Under the pieces are notes generated by a model, which was not told where the DNA came from, did not search any database, and worked only from the letters and a program-made list of their open reading frames with translations. Of a DNA stretch of 64,000 bases, positions 27,480 through 43,085 are shown in pieces. The position numbers were made by a program, and so were the translations under genes. The stretch is from Eledone cirrhosa (taxonomy: Eukaryota): NCBI GenBank assembly GCA_964016885.1, contig OZ024741.1, positions 256,184,001-256,248,000 on the forward strand, read 5' to 3'. Numbering within the stretch: position 1 is the stretch's first letter; each line of letters begins with the position of its first letter.

Positions 27480-30400
27480 GTTTCGCTTTACGAGTGTTTC
27501 GACTTACGAGTGTTTCGACATACGAGTGTTTCGACTTACGAATGTTTTTGCCTACGGGTGTTTCGACTTACGAATGTTTTTGCTTACGAGTGTTTCGGTT
27601 TACGAGTGTTCCGACTTACGAGTGTTCCGACTTACGAGTGTTTCGGCTTACGAGTGTTTCCGGCTTACGAGTGTTTCAACTTACAAGTGTTCTGACTTAC
27701 GAGTGTTCTGATTTACGGATGTTTCGACACACGAGTGTTTCGAATTACGAGTGTTTCGACTTACGAGTGTTTTGACTTACGGGTGTTTTGACATACGAGT
27801 GTTTCGATACGAGTGTTTCGACTTACGATTGTTCTGACTTACGAGTGTTCTGATTTACGGATGTTTCGACATACGAGTGTTTCGACTTACGAGTGTTTCG
27901 ACTTATGAGTGTTTCGACTTACGAGTGTTTCGGCTTACGAGTGTTTCGACTTACGAGTGTTTTGACTTACGGTGTTTCGGCTTACGAGTGTTTCGACTTA
28001 CGAGTGTTTTGACTTACGGGTGTTTTGACATACGAGTGTTTCGATACGAGTGTTCTGACTTACGAGTGTTCTGACTTACGAGTGTTTTGACTTACGAGTG
28101 TTCTGACTTACGGGTGTTTCGACTTACGAGTATGTTTGGCTTACGAGTGTTTCGACTTACGAGTGTTTTGACTTACGAGTGTTCTGATTTACGGATGTTT
28201 CGACATACGAGTGTTTCGACTTACGAGTGTTTCGACTTATGAGTGTTTCGACTTACGAGTGTTTCGGCTTACGAGTGTTTCGACTTACGAGTGTTTTGAC
28301 TTACGGGTGTTTTGACATACGAGTGTTTCGATACGAGTGTTCTGACTTACGAGTGTTCTGACTTACGAGTGTTTTGACTTACGAGTGTTCTGACTTACGA
28401 GTGTTCCGACTTACGAGTGTTCCGACTTACGAGTGTTTCGGCTTACGAGTGTTTCCGGCTTACGAGTGTTTCGACTTCCGAGTGTTTTGACTTACGGTGT
28501 TTCGGCTTACGAGTGATTCGACTTACGAGTGTTTTGACTTACGGGTGATTTGACTTACGGGTGTTGTGAATTACGAGTGTTCCGATTTACGAGTGTTTTG
28601 ACTTACGGTGTTTCGGCTTACGAGTGATTCGACTTACGAATGTTTTGACTTACGGGTGTTTCGGCTTGCGAGTGTTTCGACTTACGAGTGTTTCGGCTTA
28701 TGGGTGTTTCGACTTACTAATGTTTTTACTTACGAGTGTTTCGGCGTACGAGTGTTTTGACTTACGAGTGTTTCGACTTACGAGTGTTTCGACTTACGAG
28801 TGTTTCGGCTTACGTGAGTTTCGACTTAAGAGTGTTCTGATTTACGAGTGTTCTGACTTGCGGGTGTTCTGATTTACGAGTGTTCCGACTTACGAGTGTT
28901 TCGGCTTATTAGTGTTTCGACTTACGAGTGTTTCGGCTTACGAGTGTTTCGACTTATGGGTGTTTCGACTTACGAGTGTTTTTACTTACGGTGTTTCGGC
29001 TTACGAGTGTTTCGACATACGAGTGTTTTGACTTACGGGTGTTTCGACTTACGAGTGTTTTGACTTACGAATGTTTTGACTTACGGGTGTTTCGGCTTAC
29101 GAGTGTTTCGACTTACGAGTGTTTCGGCTTACGAGTGTTTCGACTTACTAATGTTCTTACTTACGAGTGTTTCGGCGTACGAGAGTTTTGACTTACGAGT
29201 GTTTCGACTTACGAGTGTTTCGACTTACGAGTGTTTTGACTTACGAATGTTTTGACTTACGGGTGTTTCGGCTGACGAGTGTTTCGACTTACGAGTCTTT
29301 CGGCTTACGAGTGTTTCGACTTACTAATGTTTTTACTTACGAGTGTTTCGGCGTACGAGTGTTTCGACTTACGAGTGTTTCGACTTACGGGTGTTTTGAC
29401 TTAAGGGTGTTTCGACTTACGAGTATTTTTGGCTTACGAGTGTTTCGACTTACGAGTGTTTTGACTTACGAGTGTTCTGATTTACGGATGTTTCGACATA
29501 CGAGTGTTTCGACTTACGAGTGTTTCGACTTATGAGTGTTTCGACTTACGAGTGTTTCGGCTTATGAGTGTTTCGACTTACGAGTGTTTCGACTTACGAG
29601 TGTTTCGACTTACGAGTGTTTCGACTTACGAGTGTTTTGCCTTACGAATGTTTTGACTTACGGGTGTTTCGAAATACGAGTGTTTCGGCTTATGAGTGTT
29701 TCGACTTACGGGCGTTTCGACTTACGGGTGTTTCGACTTACGAGTGTTTTGGCTTACGAATGTTTTGACTTACGGGTGTTTCGACTTACGAGTGTTTCGA
29801 CTTATGAGTGTTTCGACTTACGAGTGCTTCGGCTTATGAGTGTTTCGACTTACGAGTGCTTCGGCTTACGAGTGTTTCGACTTACGAGTATTTCGGCTTA
29901 CGATTGTTTCGACGTACGAATGTTTTGGCTTACGAGTGTTTCGGCTTATGAGTGTTTCGGCTTACGAGTGTTTCGACTTACGAGTGTTTCGGCTTACGAG
30001 TGTTTCAGTGTTTCGGCTTACGTGTGTTTCGACTTACGAGTGTTTCGACTTACGACTGTTTCGGCTTACGAGTGTTTCGGCTTACGAGTGTTTCGGCTTA
30101 CGAGTGTTTTGACTTACGATTGTCTGGCTTACGAGTGTTCTGACTTACGGGTGTTCTGACTTACGAGTGTTCCGACTTACGAGTGTTTCGGCTTATGAGG
30201 GTTTCGACTTACGAGTGCTTCGGCTTACGAGTGTTTCGACTTACGAGTGTTTCGGCTTACGAGTGTTTCGACTTACGAGTGTTTTGACTTACGGTGTTTC
30301 GGCTTACGAGTGTTTCGACATACGAGTGTTTTGACGTACGGGTGTTTCGACTTACGGGTCTTTCGACTTAAGAGTGTTTCCACTTACGAGCGCTTCGACT

Positions 30401-31655
30401 TACGAGTGTTTCGACTTACGAGTGTTTCGGCGTATGAGTGTTTTGACTTACGAGTGTTTCGACTTACGAGTGTTTCGACTTACGAGTGTTTCGAATTACG
30501 AGTGTTTCGACTTACGAGTGTTTTGACTTACGAGTGTTTTGACTTACGGTGTTTCTGCTTACGAGTGTTTCGACTTTCGAGTGTTATGACTTACGGGTGT
30601 TTTGACATACGAGTGTTTCGACTTACGAGTCTTTCGGCTTACGAGTGTTTCGACTTACTAATGTTTTTACTTACGAGTGTTTCGGCTTACGAGTGTTTCG
30701 GCTTATGAGTGTTTCGACTTACGAGTGCTTCGGCTTACGAGTGTTTCGACTTACGAGTATTTCGGCTTACGAGTGTTTCGTCGTACGAATGTTTTGGCTT
30801 ACGAGTGTTTCGGCTTATGAGTGTTTCGGCTTACGAGTGTTTCGACTTACGAATGTTTCGGCTTACGAGTGTTTCAGTGTTTCGGCTTACGTGTGTTTCG
30901 ACTTACGATTGTTTGGCTTACGAGTGTTCTGACTTACGAGTATTCTTACTTACGAGTGTTCCGACTTACGAGTGTTTCGGCTTACGAGTGTTTTGACTTA
31001 CGATTGTTTGGCTTACGAGTGTTCTGACTTACGGGTGTTCTGACTTACGAGTGTTCCGACTTACGAGTGTTTCGGCTTAAGAGGGTTTCGACTTACGAGT
31101 GCTTCGGCTTACGAGTGTTTCGACTTACGAGTGTTTCGGCTTACGAGTGTTTCGACTTACGAGTGTTCTGACTTACGAGTGTTCTGACTTACGAGTATTC
31201 TTACTTACGAGTGTTCCGACTTAGAGTGTTTCGGCTTACGAGTGTTTCGGCTTATGAGTGTTTCGACTTACGAGTGCTTCGGTTTACGAGTGTTTCGGCT
31301 TACGAGTGTTTTGACTTAAGGGTCTTTCGACTTACGAGTGTTTCGATACGAGTGTTTCGACTTACGAGTGTTTCGGCTTACGAGTGTTTCGACTTACGAG
31401 TGTTTCGACTTACGAGTGTTCCGATTTACGGGTGTTTCGACTTACGAGTGTTTTGGCTTACGGTGTTTCGACTTACGAGTGTTTCGAGTTAAGAGTGTTT
31501 TGACTTACGAGTGTTCTGATTTACGAGTGTTCTGACTTACGAGTGTTCTGACTTACGAGTGTTCTGACTTACGAGTGTTCTGACTTACGAGTGTTCCGAC
31601 TTTACGAGTGTTTCGGCTCACGAGTGTTTCGGCTTACGAGTGTTTCGACTTACGA

Positions 31656-31724
31656 AAATAACAAATAGACGCGGTTTCAAATCTCTATGCTTTTCAAATT
31701 CATTACATTAATCTTTATTTATAC
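31656..31724. repeat. 69-bp element copy 13
   Basis: Direct match. Confidence 0.97.
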
Positions 31725-34700
31725 GTTTCGCTTTACGAGTGTTTCGACTTACGAGTGTTTCGACATACGAGTGTTTCGACTTACGAATGTTTTTGCTTAC
31801 GGGTGTTTCGACTTACGAATGTTTTTGCTTACGAGTGTTTCGGTTTACGAGTGTTCCGACTTACGAGTGTTCCGACTTACGAGTGTTTCGGCTTACGAGT
31901 GTTTCCGGCTTACGAGTGTTTCAACTTACAAGTGTTCTGACCTACGAGTGTTCTGATTTACGGAAGTTTCGACACACGAGTGTTTCGAATTACGAGTGTT
32001 TCGACTTACGAGTGTTTTGACTTACGGGTGTTTTGACATACGAGTGTTTCGATACGAGTGTTTCGACTTACGATTGTTCTGACTTACGAGTGTTCTGATT
32101 TACGGATGTTTCGACATACGAGTGTTTCGACTTACGAGTGTTTCGACTTATGAGTGTTTCGACTTACGAGTGTTTCGGCTTACGAGTGTTTCGACTTACG
32201 AGTGTTTTGACTTACGGTGTTTCGGTTTACGAGTGTTTCGACTTACGAGTGTTTTGACTTACGGGTGTTTTGACATACGAGTGTTTCGATACGAGTGTTC
32301 TGACTTACGAGTGTTCTGACTTACGAGTGTTCTGATTTACGAGTGTTCTGATTTACGGATGTTTCGACATACGAGTGTTTCGACTTACGAGTGTTTCGAC
32401 TTATGAGTGTTTCGACTTACGAGTGTTTCGGCTTACGAGTGTTTCGACTTACGAGTGTTTTGACTTACGGTGTTTCGGCTTACGAGTGTTTCGACTTACG
32501 AGTGTTTTGACTTACGGGTGTTTTGACATACGAGTGTTTCGATACGAGTGTTCTGACTTACGAGTGTTCTGACTTACGAGTGTTTTGACTTACGAGTGTT
32601 CTGACTTACGGGTGTTTCGACTTACGAGTTTGTTTGGCTTACGAGTGTTTCGACTTACGAGTGTTTTGACTTACGAGTGTACTGATTTACGGATGTTTCG
32701 ACATACGAGTGTTTCGACTTACGAGTGTTTCGACTTATGAGTGTTTCGACTTACGAGTGTTTCGGCTTACGAGTGTTTCGACTTACGAGTGTTTTGACTT
32801 ACGGTGTTTCGGCTTACGAGTGTTTCGACTTACGAGTGTTTTGACTTACGGGTGTTTTGACATACGAGTGTTTCGATACGAGTGTTCTGACTTACGAGTG
32901 TTCTGACTTACGAGTGTTTTGACTTACGAGTGTTCTGACTTACGAGTGTTCCGACTTACGAGTGTTCCGACTTACGAGTGTTTCGGCTTACGAGTGTTTC
33001 CGGCTTACGAGTGTTTCGACTTCCGAGTGTTTTGACTTACGGTGTTTCGGCTTACGAGTGATTCGACTTACGAGTGTTTTGACTTACGGGTGATTTGACT
33101 TACGGGTGTTGTGAATTACGAGTGTTCCGATTTACGAGTGTTTTGACTTACGGTGTTTCGGCTTACGAGTGATTCGACTTACGAATGTTTTGACTTACGG
33201 GTGTTTCGGCTTGCGAGTGTTTCGACTTACGAGTGTTTCGGCTTATGGGTGTTTCGACTTACTAATGTTTTTACTTACGAGTGTTTCGGCGTACGAGTGT
33301 TTTGACTTACGAGTGTTTCGACTTACGAGTGTTTCGACTTACGAGTGTTTCGGCTTACGTGAGTTTCGACTTAAGAGTGTTCTGATTTACGAGTGTTCTG
33401 ACTTGCGGGTGTTCTGATTTACGAGTGTTCCGACTTACGAGTGTTTCGGCTTATTAGTGTTTCGACTTACGAGTGTTTGGGCTTACGAGTGTTTCGACTT
33501 ATGGGTGTTTCGACTTACGAGTGTTTTTACTTACGGTCTTTCGGCTTACGAGTGTTTCGACATACGAGTGTTTTGACTTACGGGTGTTTCGACTTACGAG
33601 TGTTTTGACTTACGAATGTTTTGACTTACGGGTGTTTCGGCTTACGAGTGTTTCGACTTACGAGTGTTTCGGCTTACGAGTGTTTTGACTTACTAATGTT
33701 CTTACTTACGAGTGTTTCGGCGTACGAGAGTTTTGACTTACGAGTGTTTCGACTTACGAGTGTTTCGACTTACGAGTGTTTTGACTTACGAATGTTTTGA
33801 CTTACGGGTGTTTCGGCTGACGAGTGTTTCGACTTACGAGTCTTTCGGCTTACGAGTGTTTCGACTTACTAATGTTTTTACTTACGAGTGTTTCGGCGTA
33901 CGAGTGTTTCGACTTACGAGTGTTTCGACTTACGGGTGTTTTGACTTACGGGTGTTTCGGCTTACGAGTGTTTTGACTTACGAGTGTTTTGACTTAAGGG
34001 TGTTTCGACTTACGAGTATTTTTGGCTTACGAGTGTTTCGACTTACGAGTGTTTTGACTTACGAGTGTTCTGATTTACGGATGTTTCGACATACGAGTGT
34101 TTCGACTTACGAGTGTTTCGACTTATGAGTGTTTCGACTTACGAGTGTTTCGGCTTATGAGTGTTTCGACTTACGAGTGTTTCGACTTACGAGTGTTTCG
34201 ACTTACGAGTGTTTCGACTTACGAGTGTTTTGGCTTACGAATGTTTTGACTTACGGATGTTTCGAATTACGAGTGTTTCGGCTTATGAGTGTTTCGACTT
34301 ACGGGCGTTTCGACTTACGGGTGTTTCGACTTACGAGTGTTTTGGCTTACGAATGTTTTGACTTACGGGTGTTTCGACTTACGAGTGTTTCGACTTATGA
34401 GTGTTTCGACTTACGAGTGCTTCGGCTTATGAGTGTTTCGACTTACGAGTGCTTCGGCTTACGAGTGTTTCGACTTACGAGTATTTCGGCTTACGATTGT
34501 TTCGACGTACGAATGTTTTGGCTTACGAGTGTTTCGGCTTATGAGTGTTTCGGCTTACGAGTGTTTCGACTTACGAGTGTTTCGGCTTACGAGTGTTTCA
34601 GTGTTTCGGCTTACGTGTGTTTCGACTTACGAGTGTTTCGACTTACGACTGTTTCGGCTTACGAGTGTTTCGGCTTACGAGTGTTTCGGCTTACGAGTGT

Positions 34701-35031
34701 TTTGACTTACGATTGTTTGGCTTACGAGTGTTCTGACTTACGGGTGTTCTGACTTACGAGTGTTCCGACTTACGAGTGTTTCGGCTTATGAGGGTTTCGA
34801 CTTACGAGTGCTTCGGCTTACGAGTGTTTCGACTTACGAGTGTTTCGGCTTACGAGTGTTTCGACTTACGAGTGTTTTGACTTACGGTGTTTCGGCTTAC
34901 GAGTGTTTCGACATACGAGTGTTTTGACGTACGGGTGTTTCGACTTACGGGTGTTCTGACTTACGAGTGTTCCGACTTTACGAGTGTTTCGGCTCACGAG
35001 TGTTTCGGCTTACGAGTGTTTCGACTTACAA

Positions 35032-35100
35032 AAATAACAAATAGACGCGGTTTCAAATCTCTATGAATTTCAAATTCATTACATTAATCTTTATTTATAC
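35032..35100. repeat. 69-bp element copy 14 (variant TATGAATTTC, counterpart of copy 2)
   Basis: Same substitutions as 7801-7869. Confidence 0.97.
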
Positions 35101-38100
35101 GTTTCGCTTTACGAGTGTTTCGACTTACGAGTGTTTCGACATACGAGTGTTTCGACTTCCGAATGTTTTCGCTTACGGGTGTTTCGACTTACGAATGTTT
35201 CGGCTTACGAGTGTTTCGGCTTACGAGTGTTCCGACTTAGGAGTGTTTCGGCTTACGGGTGTTTCCGGCTTACGAGTGTTTCGACTTTAGAGTGTTTCGA
35301 CTTTAGAGTGTTTTGACTTACGGTGTTTCGGCTTACGAGTGATTCGACTTACGAGTGTTTTGACTTACGAGTGTTTCGACTTACGAGTGTTTTGACTTAC
35401 GAATGTTTTGACTTACGGGTGTTTCGGCTTACGAGTGTTTCGACTTACGAGTGTTTCGGCTTGCGAGTGTTTCGACTTACTAATGTTTTTACTTACGAGT
35501 GTTTAGGCGTACGAGTGTTTCGACTTACGAGTGTTTCGACTTACGGGTGTTTTGACTTACGGGTGTTTCGGCTTACCAGTGTTTCGACTTACGAGTGATT
35601 TGACTTAAGGGTGTTTCGACATACGAGTGTTTCGACTTACGAGTGGTTCGACTTACGAGTGTTTCGGATTACGAGTGTTTTGACTTCAGGGTGTTTAGAC
35701 TTACGAGTGTTTCGATACGAGTGTTTCGACTTACGAGTGTTCTGACTTACGAGTATTCTGATTTACGGATGTTTCGACACACGAGTGTTTCGAATTACGA
35801 GTGTTTCGACTTACGAGTGTTTTGACTTACGGGTGTTTTGACATACGAGTGTTTCGATACGAGTGTTTCGACTTATGAGTGTTTCGACTTACGAGTGTTC
35901 TGACTTACGAGTGTTCTGACTTACGAGTGTTCTGATTTACGGATGTTTCGACACACGAGTGTTTCGATACGAGTGTTTCGACTTACGAGTGTTTCGACTT
36001 ATGAGTGTTTCGACTTACGAGTGTTCTGACTTACGAGTGTTCTGACTTACGAGTGTTCCGACTTACGAGTGTTTCGGTTTACGAGTGTTTCGACATACGA
36101 GTGTTTTGACTTACGGGTGTTTCGACTTACGGGTGTTTCGACTTACGAGTGTTTTGGCTTACGAGTGTTTCGACTTACTAATGTTTTTACTTACGAGTGT
36201 TTCGGTGTACGAATGTTTTGACTTAAGGATGTTTCGACTTACGAGTGTTTCGACTTACGAGTGTTTCGGCTTACGTGAGTTTCGACTTAAGATGGTTCTG
36301 ATTTACGAGTGTTCTGACTTACGAGTGTTTCGGCTTATGAGTGTTTCGACTTACGAGTGTTTCGGCTTACGAGTGTTTCGACTTATGGGTGTTTCGACTT
36401 ACGAGTGTTTTTACTTACGGTGTTTCGGCTTACGAGTGTTTCGACATACGAGTGTTTTGACTTACGGGTGTTTCGACTTACGAGTATTTTTGGCTTACGA
36501 GTGTTTCGACTTACGAGTGTTTTGACTTACGAGTGTTCTGATTTACGGATGTTTCGACATACGAGTGTTTCGACTTACGAGTGTTTCGACTTATGAGTGT
36601 TTCGACTTACGAGTGTTTCGGCTTACGAGTGTTTCGACTTACGAGTGTTTTGACTTACGGTGTTTCGGCTTACGAGTGTTTCGACTTACGAGTGTTTTGA
36701 CTTACGGGGGTTTTGACATACGAGTGTTTCGATACGAGTGTTCTGACTTACGAGTGTTCTGACTTACGAGTGTTTTGACTTACGAGTGTTCTGACTTACG
36801 AGTGTTCCGACTTACGAGTGTTCCGACTTACGAGTGTTTCGGCTTACGAGTGTTTCCGGCTTACGAGTGTTTCGACTTCCGAGTGTTTTGACTTACGTGT
36901 TTCGGCTTACGAGTGATTCGACTTACGAGTGTTTTGACTTACGGGTGATTTGACTTACGGGTGTTGTGAATTACGAGTGTTCCGATTTACGAGTGTTTTG
37001 ACTTACGGTGTTTCGGCTTACGAGTGATTCGACTTACGAATGTTTTGACTTACGGGTGTTTCGGCTTGCGAGTGTTTCGACTTACGAGTGTTTCGGCTTA
37101 TGGGTGTTTCGACTTACTAATGTTTTTACTTACGAGTGTTTCGGCGTACGAGTGTTTTGACTTACGAGTGTTTCGACTTACGAGTGTTTCGACTTACGAG
37201 TGATTCGGCTTACGTGAGTTTCGACTTAAGAGTGTTCTGATTTACGAGTGTTCTGACTTGCGGGTGTTCTGATTTACGAGTGTTCCGACTTACGAGTGTT
37301 TCGGCTTATTAGTGTTTCGACTTACGAGTGTTTCGGCTTACGAGTGTTTCGACTTATGGGTGTTTCGAGTTACGAGTATTTTGACTTACGAATGTTTTGA
37401 CTTACGAATGTTTTGACTTACGGGTGTTTCGGCTTACGAGTGTTTCGACTTACGAGTGTTTCGGCTTACGAGTGTTTCGACTTACTAATGTTCTTACTTA
37501 CGAGTGTTTCGGCGTACGAGAGTTTTGACTTACGAGTGTTTCGACTTACGAGTGTTTCGACTTACGAGTGTTTTGACTTACGAATGTTTTGACTTACGGG
37601 TGTTTCGGCTTACGAGTGTTTCGACTTACGAGTCTTTCGGCTTACGAGTGTTTCGACTTACTAATGTTTTTACTTACGAGTGTTTCGAGGTACGAGTGTT
37701 TCGACTTACGAGTGTTTTGACTTACGAGTGTTCTGATTTACGGATGTTTCGACATACGAGTGTTTCGACTTACGAGTGTTTCGACTTATGAGTGTTTCGA
37801 CTTACGAGTGTTTCGGCTTATGAGTGTTTCGACTTACGAGTGCTTCGGCTTACGAGTGTTTCGACTTACGAGTATTTCGGCTTACGAGTGTTTCGACGTA
37901 CGAATGTTTTGGCTTACGAGTGTTTCGGCTTATGAGTGTTTCGGCTTACGAGTGTTTCGACTTACGAGTGTTTCGGCTTACGAGTGTTTCAGTGTTTCGG
38001 CTTACGTGTGTTTCGACTTACGAGTGTTTCGACTTACGACTGTTTCGGCTTACGAGTGTTTCGGCTTACGAGTGTTTCGACTTACGAGTGTTTTGACTTA

Positions 38101-39969
38101 CGAATGTTTTGACTTACGGGTGTTTCGGCTTACGAGTGTTTCGACTTACGAGTCTTTCGGCTTACGAGTGTTTCGACTTACTAATGTTTTTACTTACGAG
38201 TGTTTCGGCGTACGAGTGTTTCGACTTACGAGTGTTTCGACTTACGGGTGTTTTGACTTACGGGTGTTTCGGCTTACGAGTGTTTTGACTTACGAGTGTT
38301 TTGACTTAAGGGTGTTTCGACTTACGAGTATTTTTGGCTTACGAGTGTTTCGACTTACGAGTGTTTTTTTACTTACGAGTGTTCTGATTTACGGATGTTT
38401 CGACATACGAGTGTTTCGACTTACGAGTGTTTCGACTTACTAATGTTCTTACTTACGAGTGTTTCGGCGTACGAGAGTTTTGACTTACGAGTGTTTCGAC
38501 TTACGAGTGTTTCGACTTACGAGTGTTTTGACTTACGAATGTTTTGACTTACGGGTGTTTCGGCTTACGAGTGTTTCGACTTACGAGTCTTTCGGCTTAC
38601 GAGTGTTTCGACTTACTAATGTTTTTACTTACGAGTGTTTCGGCGTACGAGTGTTTCGACTTACGAGTGTTTCGACTTACGGGTGTTTTGACTTACGGGT
38701 GTTTCGGCTTACGAGTGTTTTGACTTACGAGTGTTTTGACTTAAGGTTGTTTCGACTTACGAGTATTTTTGGCTTACGAGTGTTTCGACTTACGAGTGTT
38801 TTGACTTACGAGTGTTCTGATTTACGGATGTTTCGACATACGAGTGTTTCAACTTACGAGTGTTTCGACTTATGAGTGTTTCGACTTACGAGTGTTTCGG
38901 CTTATGAGTGTTTCGACTTACGAGTGCTTCGGCTTACGAGTGTTTCGACTTACGAGTATTTCGGCTTACGAGTGTTTCAACTTACGAGTGTTTCGACTTA
39001 TGAGTGTTTCGACTTACGAGTGCTTCGGCTTACGAGTGTTTCGACTTACGAGTATTTCGGCTTAAGAGTGTTTCGACGTACGAATGTTTTGGCTTACGAG
39101 TGTTTCGGCTTATGAGTGTTTCGGCTTACGAGTGTTTCGACTTACGAGTGTTTCGGCTTACGAGTGTTTCAGTGTTTCGGCTTACGTGTGTTTCGACTTA
39201 CGAGTGTTTCGACTTACGACTGTTTCGGCTTACGAGTGTTTCGGCTTACGAGTGTTTCGGCTTACGAGTGTTTTGACTTACGATTGTTTGGCTTACGAGT
39301 GTTCTGACTTACGGGTGTTCTGACTTACGGGTGTTCCGACTTACGAGTGTTTCGGCTTATGAGGGTTTCGACTTACGATTGTTTCGACTTACGAGTGTTT
39401 CGGCTTACGAGTGTTTCGACTTACGAGTGTTCTGACTTACGACTGTTTCGGCTTACGAGTGTTTCGGCTTACGAGTGTTTCGGCTTACGAGTGTTTTGAC
39501 TTACGATTGTTTGGCTTACGAGTGTTCTGACTTACGGGTGTTCTGACTTACGGGTGTTCCGACTTACGAGTGTTACGGCTTATGAGGGTTTCGACTTACG
39601 AGTGTTTCGACTTACGAGTGTTTCGGCTTACGAGTGTTTCGACTTACGAGTGTTCTGACTTACGAGTGTTCTGACTTACGAGTGTTCTTACTTACGAGTG
39701 TTCCGACTTACGAGTGTTCCGACTTACGAGTGTTTCGGCTTACGAGTGTTTCGGCTTACGAGTGTTTCGACTTACGAATGTTTCGACTTACGAGTGTTCC
39801 GACTTACGGGTGTTTCGACTTACGAGTGTTTTGGCTTACGGTGTTTCGGCTTACGAGTGTTTCGAGTTACGAGTGTTTTGACTTACACGTGTTTTGACAT
39901 ACGAGTGTTTCGACTTTACGAGTGTTTCGGCTCACGATTGTTTCGAATTACGAGTGTTTCGACTTACGA

Positions 39970-40038
39970 AAATAACAAATAGACGCGGTTTCAAATCTCT
40001 ATGCTTTTCAAATTCATTACATTAATCTTTATTTATAC
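39970..40038. repeat. 69-bp element copy 15
   Basis: Direct match. Confidence 0.97.
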
Positions 40039-41527
40039 GTTTCGCTTTACGATGTTTCGACTTACGAGTGTTTCGACATACGAGTGTTTCGGCTTACGAG
40101 TGTTTTGATTTACGAGTGTTTTGACTTACGGGTGCTTCGACTTACGCGTGTTTTGACTTACGAGTGTTTCGACTTACGAGTGTTTCGACTTACGAGTGTT
40201 TCGGCTTACGAGTGTTTTGACTTACGAATGTTTTGACTTACGATTGTTTCGGCTTACGGGTGTTTCGACTTACGAATGTTTTTGCTTACGAGTGTTTCGG
40301 CTTACGAGTGTTTCGGCTTATGAGTGTTTCGAATTACGAGTGTTTTGACTTACGGGTGTTTTGACATACGAGTGTTTCGATACGATTGTTCTGACTTACG
40401 AGTGTTTCCGCTTACGAGTGTTTCGGCTTACGAGTGTTTCGACTTACTAATGTTTTTACTTACGAGTGTTTCGGTGTACGAGTGTTTCGACTTAAGGATG
40501 TTTCGACTTACGAGTGTTTCGACTTACGAGTGTTTCGACTTACGAGTGTTTCGACTTACGAGTGTTTTGGCTTACGAATGTTTTGACTTACGGGTGTTTC
40601 GACTTACGAGTATTTCGGCTTAAGAGTGTTTCGACGTACGAATGTTTTGGCTTACGAGTGTTTCGGCTTATGAGTGTTTCGGCTTACGAGTGTTTCGACT
40701 TACGAGTGTTTCGGCTTACGAGTGTTTCAGTGTTTCGGCTTACGTGTGTTTCGACTTACGAGTGTTTCGACTTACGACTGTTTCGGCTTACGAGTGTTTC
40801 GGCTTACGAGTGTTTCGGCTTACGAGTGTTTTGACTTACGATTGTTTGGCTTACGAGTGTTCTGACTTACGGGTGTTCTGACTTACGGGTGTTCCGACTT
40901 ACGAGTGTTTCGGCTTATGAGGGTTTCGACTTACGATTGTTTCGACTTACGAGTGTTTCGGCTTACGAGTGTTTCGACTTACGAGTGTTCTGACTTACGA
41001 CTGTTTCGGCTTACGAGTGTTTCGGCTTACGAGTGTTTCGGCTTACGAGTGTTTTGACTTACGATTGTTTGGCTTACGAGTGTTCTGACTTACGGGTGTT
41101 CTGACTTACGGGTGTTCCGACTTACGAGTGTTACGGCTTATGAGGGTTTCGACTTACGAGTGTTTCGACTTACGAGTGTTTCGGCTTACGAGTGTTTCGA
41201 CTTACGAGTGTTCTGACTTACGAGTGTTCTGACTTACGAGTGTTCTTACTTACGAGTGTTCCGACTTACGAGTGTTCCGACTTACGAGTGTTTCGGCTTA
41301 CGAGTGTTTCGGCTTACGAGTGTTTCGACTTACGAATGTTTCGACTTACGAGTGTTCCGACTTACGGGTGTTTCGACTTACGAGTGTTTTGGCTTACGGT
41401 GTTTCGGCTTACGAGTGTTTCGAGTTACGAGTGTTTTGACTTACACGTGTTTTGACATACGAGTGTTTCGACTTTACGAGTGTTTCGGCTCACGATTGTT
41501 TCGAATTACGAGTGTTTCGACTTACGA

Positions 41528-41596
41528 AAATAACAAATAGACGCGGTTTCAAATCTCTATGCTTTTCAAATTCATTACATTAATCTTTATTTATAC
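41528..41596. repeat. 69-bp element copy 16
   Basis: Direct match. Confidence 0.97.
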
Positions 41597-43085
41597 GTTT
41601 CGCTTTACGATGTTTCGACTTACGAGTGTTTCGACATACGAGTGTTTCGGCTTACGAGTGTTTTGATTTACGAGTGTTTTGACTTACGGGTGCTTCGACT
41701 TACGCGTGTTTTGACTTACGAGTGTTTCGACTTACGAGTGTTTCGACTTACGAGTGTTTCGGCTTACGAGTGTTTTGACTTACGAATGTTTTGACTTACG
41801 ATTGTTTCGGCTTACGGGTGTTTCGACTTACGAATGTTTTTGCTTACGAGTGTTTCGGCTTACGAGTGTTTCGGCTTATGAGTGTTTCGAATTACGAGTG
41901 TTTTGACTTACGGGTGTTTTGACATACGAGTGTTTCGATACGATTGTTCTGACTTACGAGTGTTTCCGCTTACGAGTGTTTCGGCTTACGAGTGTTTCGA
42001 CTTACTAATGTTTTTACTTACGAGTGTTTCGGTGTACGAGTGTTTCGACTTAAGGATGTTTCGACTTACGAGTGTTTCGACTTACGAGTGTTTCGACTTA
42101 CGAGTGTTTCGACTTACGAGTGTTTTGGCTTACGAATGTTTTGACTTACGGGTGTTTCGACTTACGAGTATTTCGGCTTAAGAGTGTTTCGACGTACGAA
42201 TGTTTTGGCTTACGAGTGTTTCGGCTTATGAGTGTTTCGGCTTACGAGTGTTTCGACTTACGAGTGTTTCGGCTTACGAGTGTTTCAGTGTTTCGGCTTA
42301 CGTGTGTTTCGACTTACGAGTGTTTCGACTTACGACTGTTTCGGCTTACGAGTGTTTCGGCTTACGAGTGTTTCGGCTTACGAGTGTTTTGACTTACGAT
42401 TGTTTGGCTTACGAGTGTTCTGACTTACGGGTGTTCTGACTTACGGGTGTTCCGACTTACGAGTGTTTCGGCTTATGAGGGTTTCGACTTACGAGTGTTT
42501 CGACTTACGAGTGTTTCGGCTTACGAGTGTTTCGACTTACGAGTGTTCTGACTTACGACTGTTTCGGCTTACGAGTGTTTCGGCTTACGAGTGTTTCGGC
42601 TTACGAGTGTTTTGACTTACGATTGTTTGGCTTACGAGTGTTCTGACTTACGGGTGTTCTGACTTACGGGTGTTCCGACTTACGAGTGTTACGGCTTATG
42701 AGGGTTTCGACTTACGAGTGTTTCGACTTACGAGTGTTTCGGCTTACGAGTGTTTCGACTTACGAGTGTTCTGACTTACGAGTGTTCTGACTTACGAGTG
42801 TTCTTACTTACGAGTGTTCCGACTTACGAGTGTTCCGACTTACGAGTGTTTCGGCTTACGAGTGTTTCGGCTTACGAGTGTTTCGACTTACGAATGTTTC
42901 GACTTACGAGTGTTCCGACTTACGGGTGTTTCGACTTACGAGTGTTTTGGCTTACGGTGTTTCGGCTTACGAGTGTTTCGAGTTACGAGTGTTTTGACTT
43001 ACACGTGTTTTGACATACGAGTGTTTCGACTTTACGAGTGTTTCGGCTCACGATTGTTTCGAATTACGAGTGTTTCGACTTACGA

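Larger units (their letters stand above)
3249..31655. repeat. Macro-repeat unit 1 (28,407 bp; phase set arbitrarily at an AT-rich element)
   Basis: Constant offset of 28,407 for ORF-track positions 217/28624, 3280/31687 and 5754/34161, and for the rare marker GTTGTGAATT at 156/28563 and 4701/33108. Confidence 0.93.
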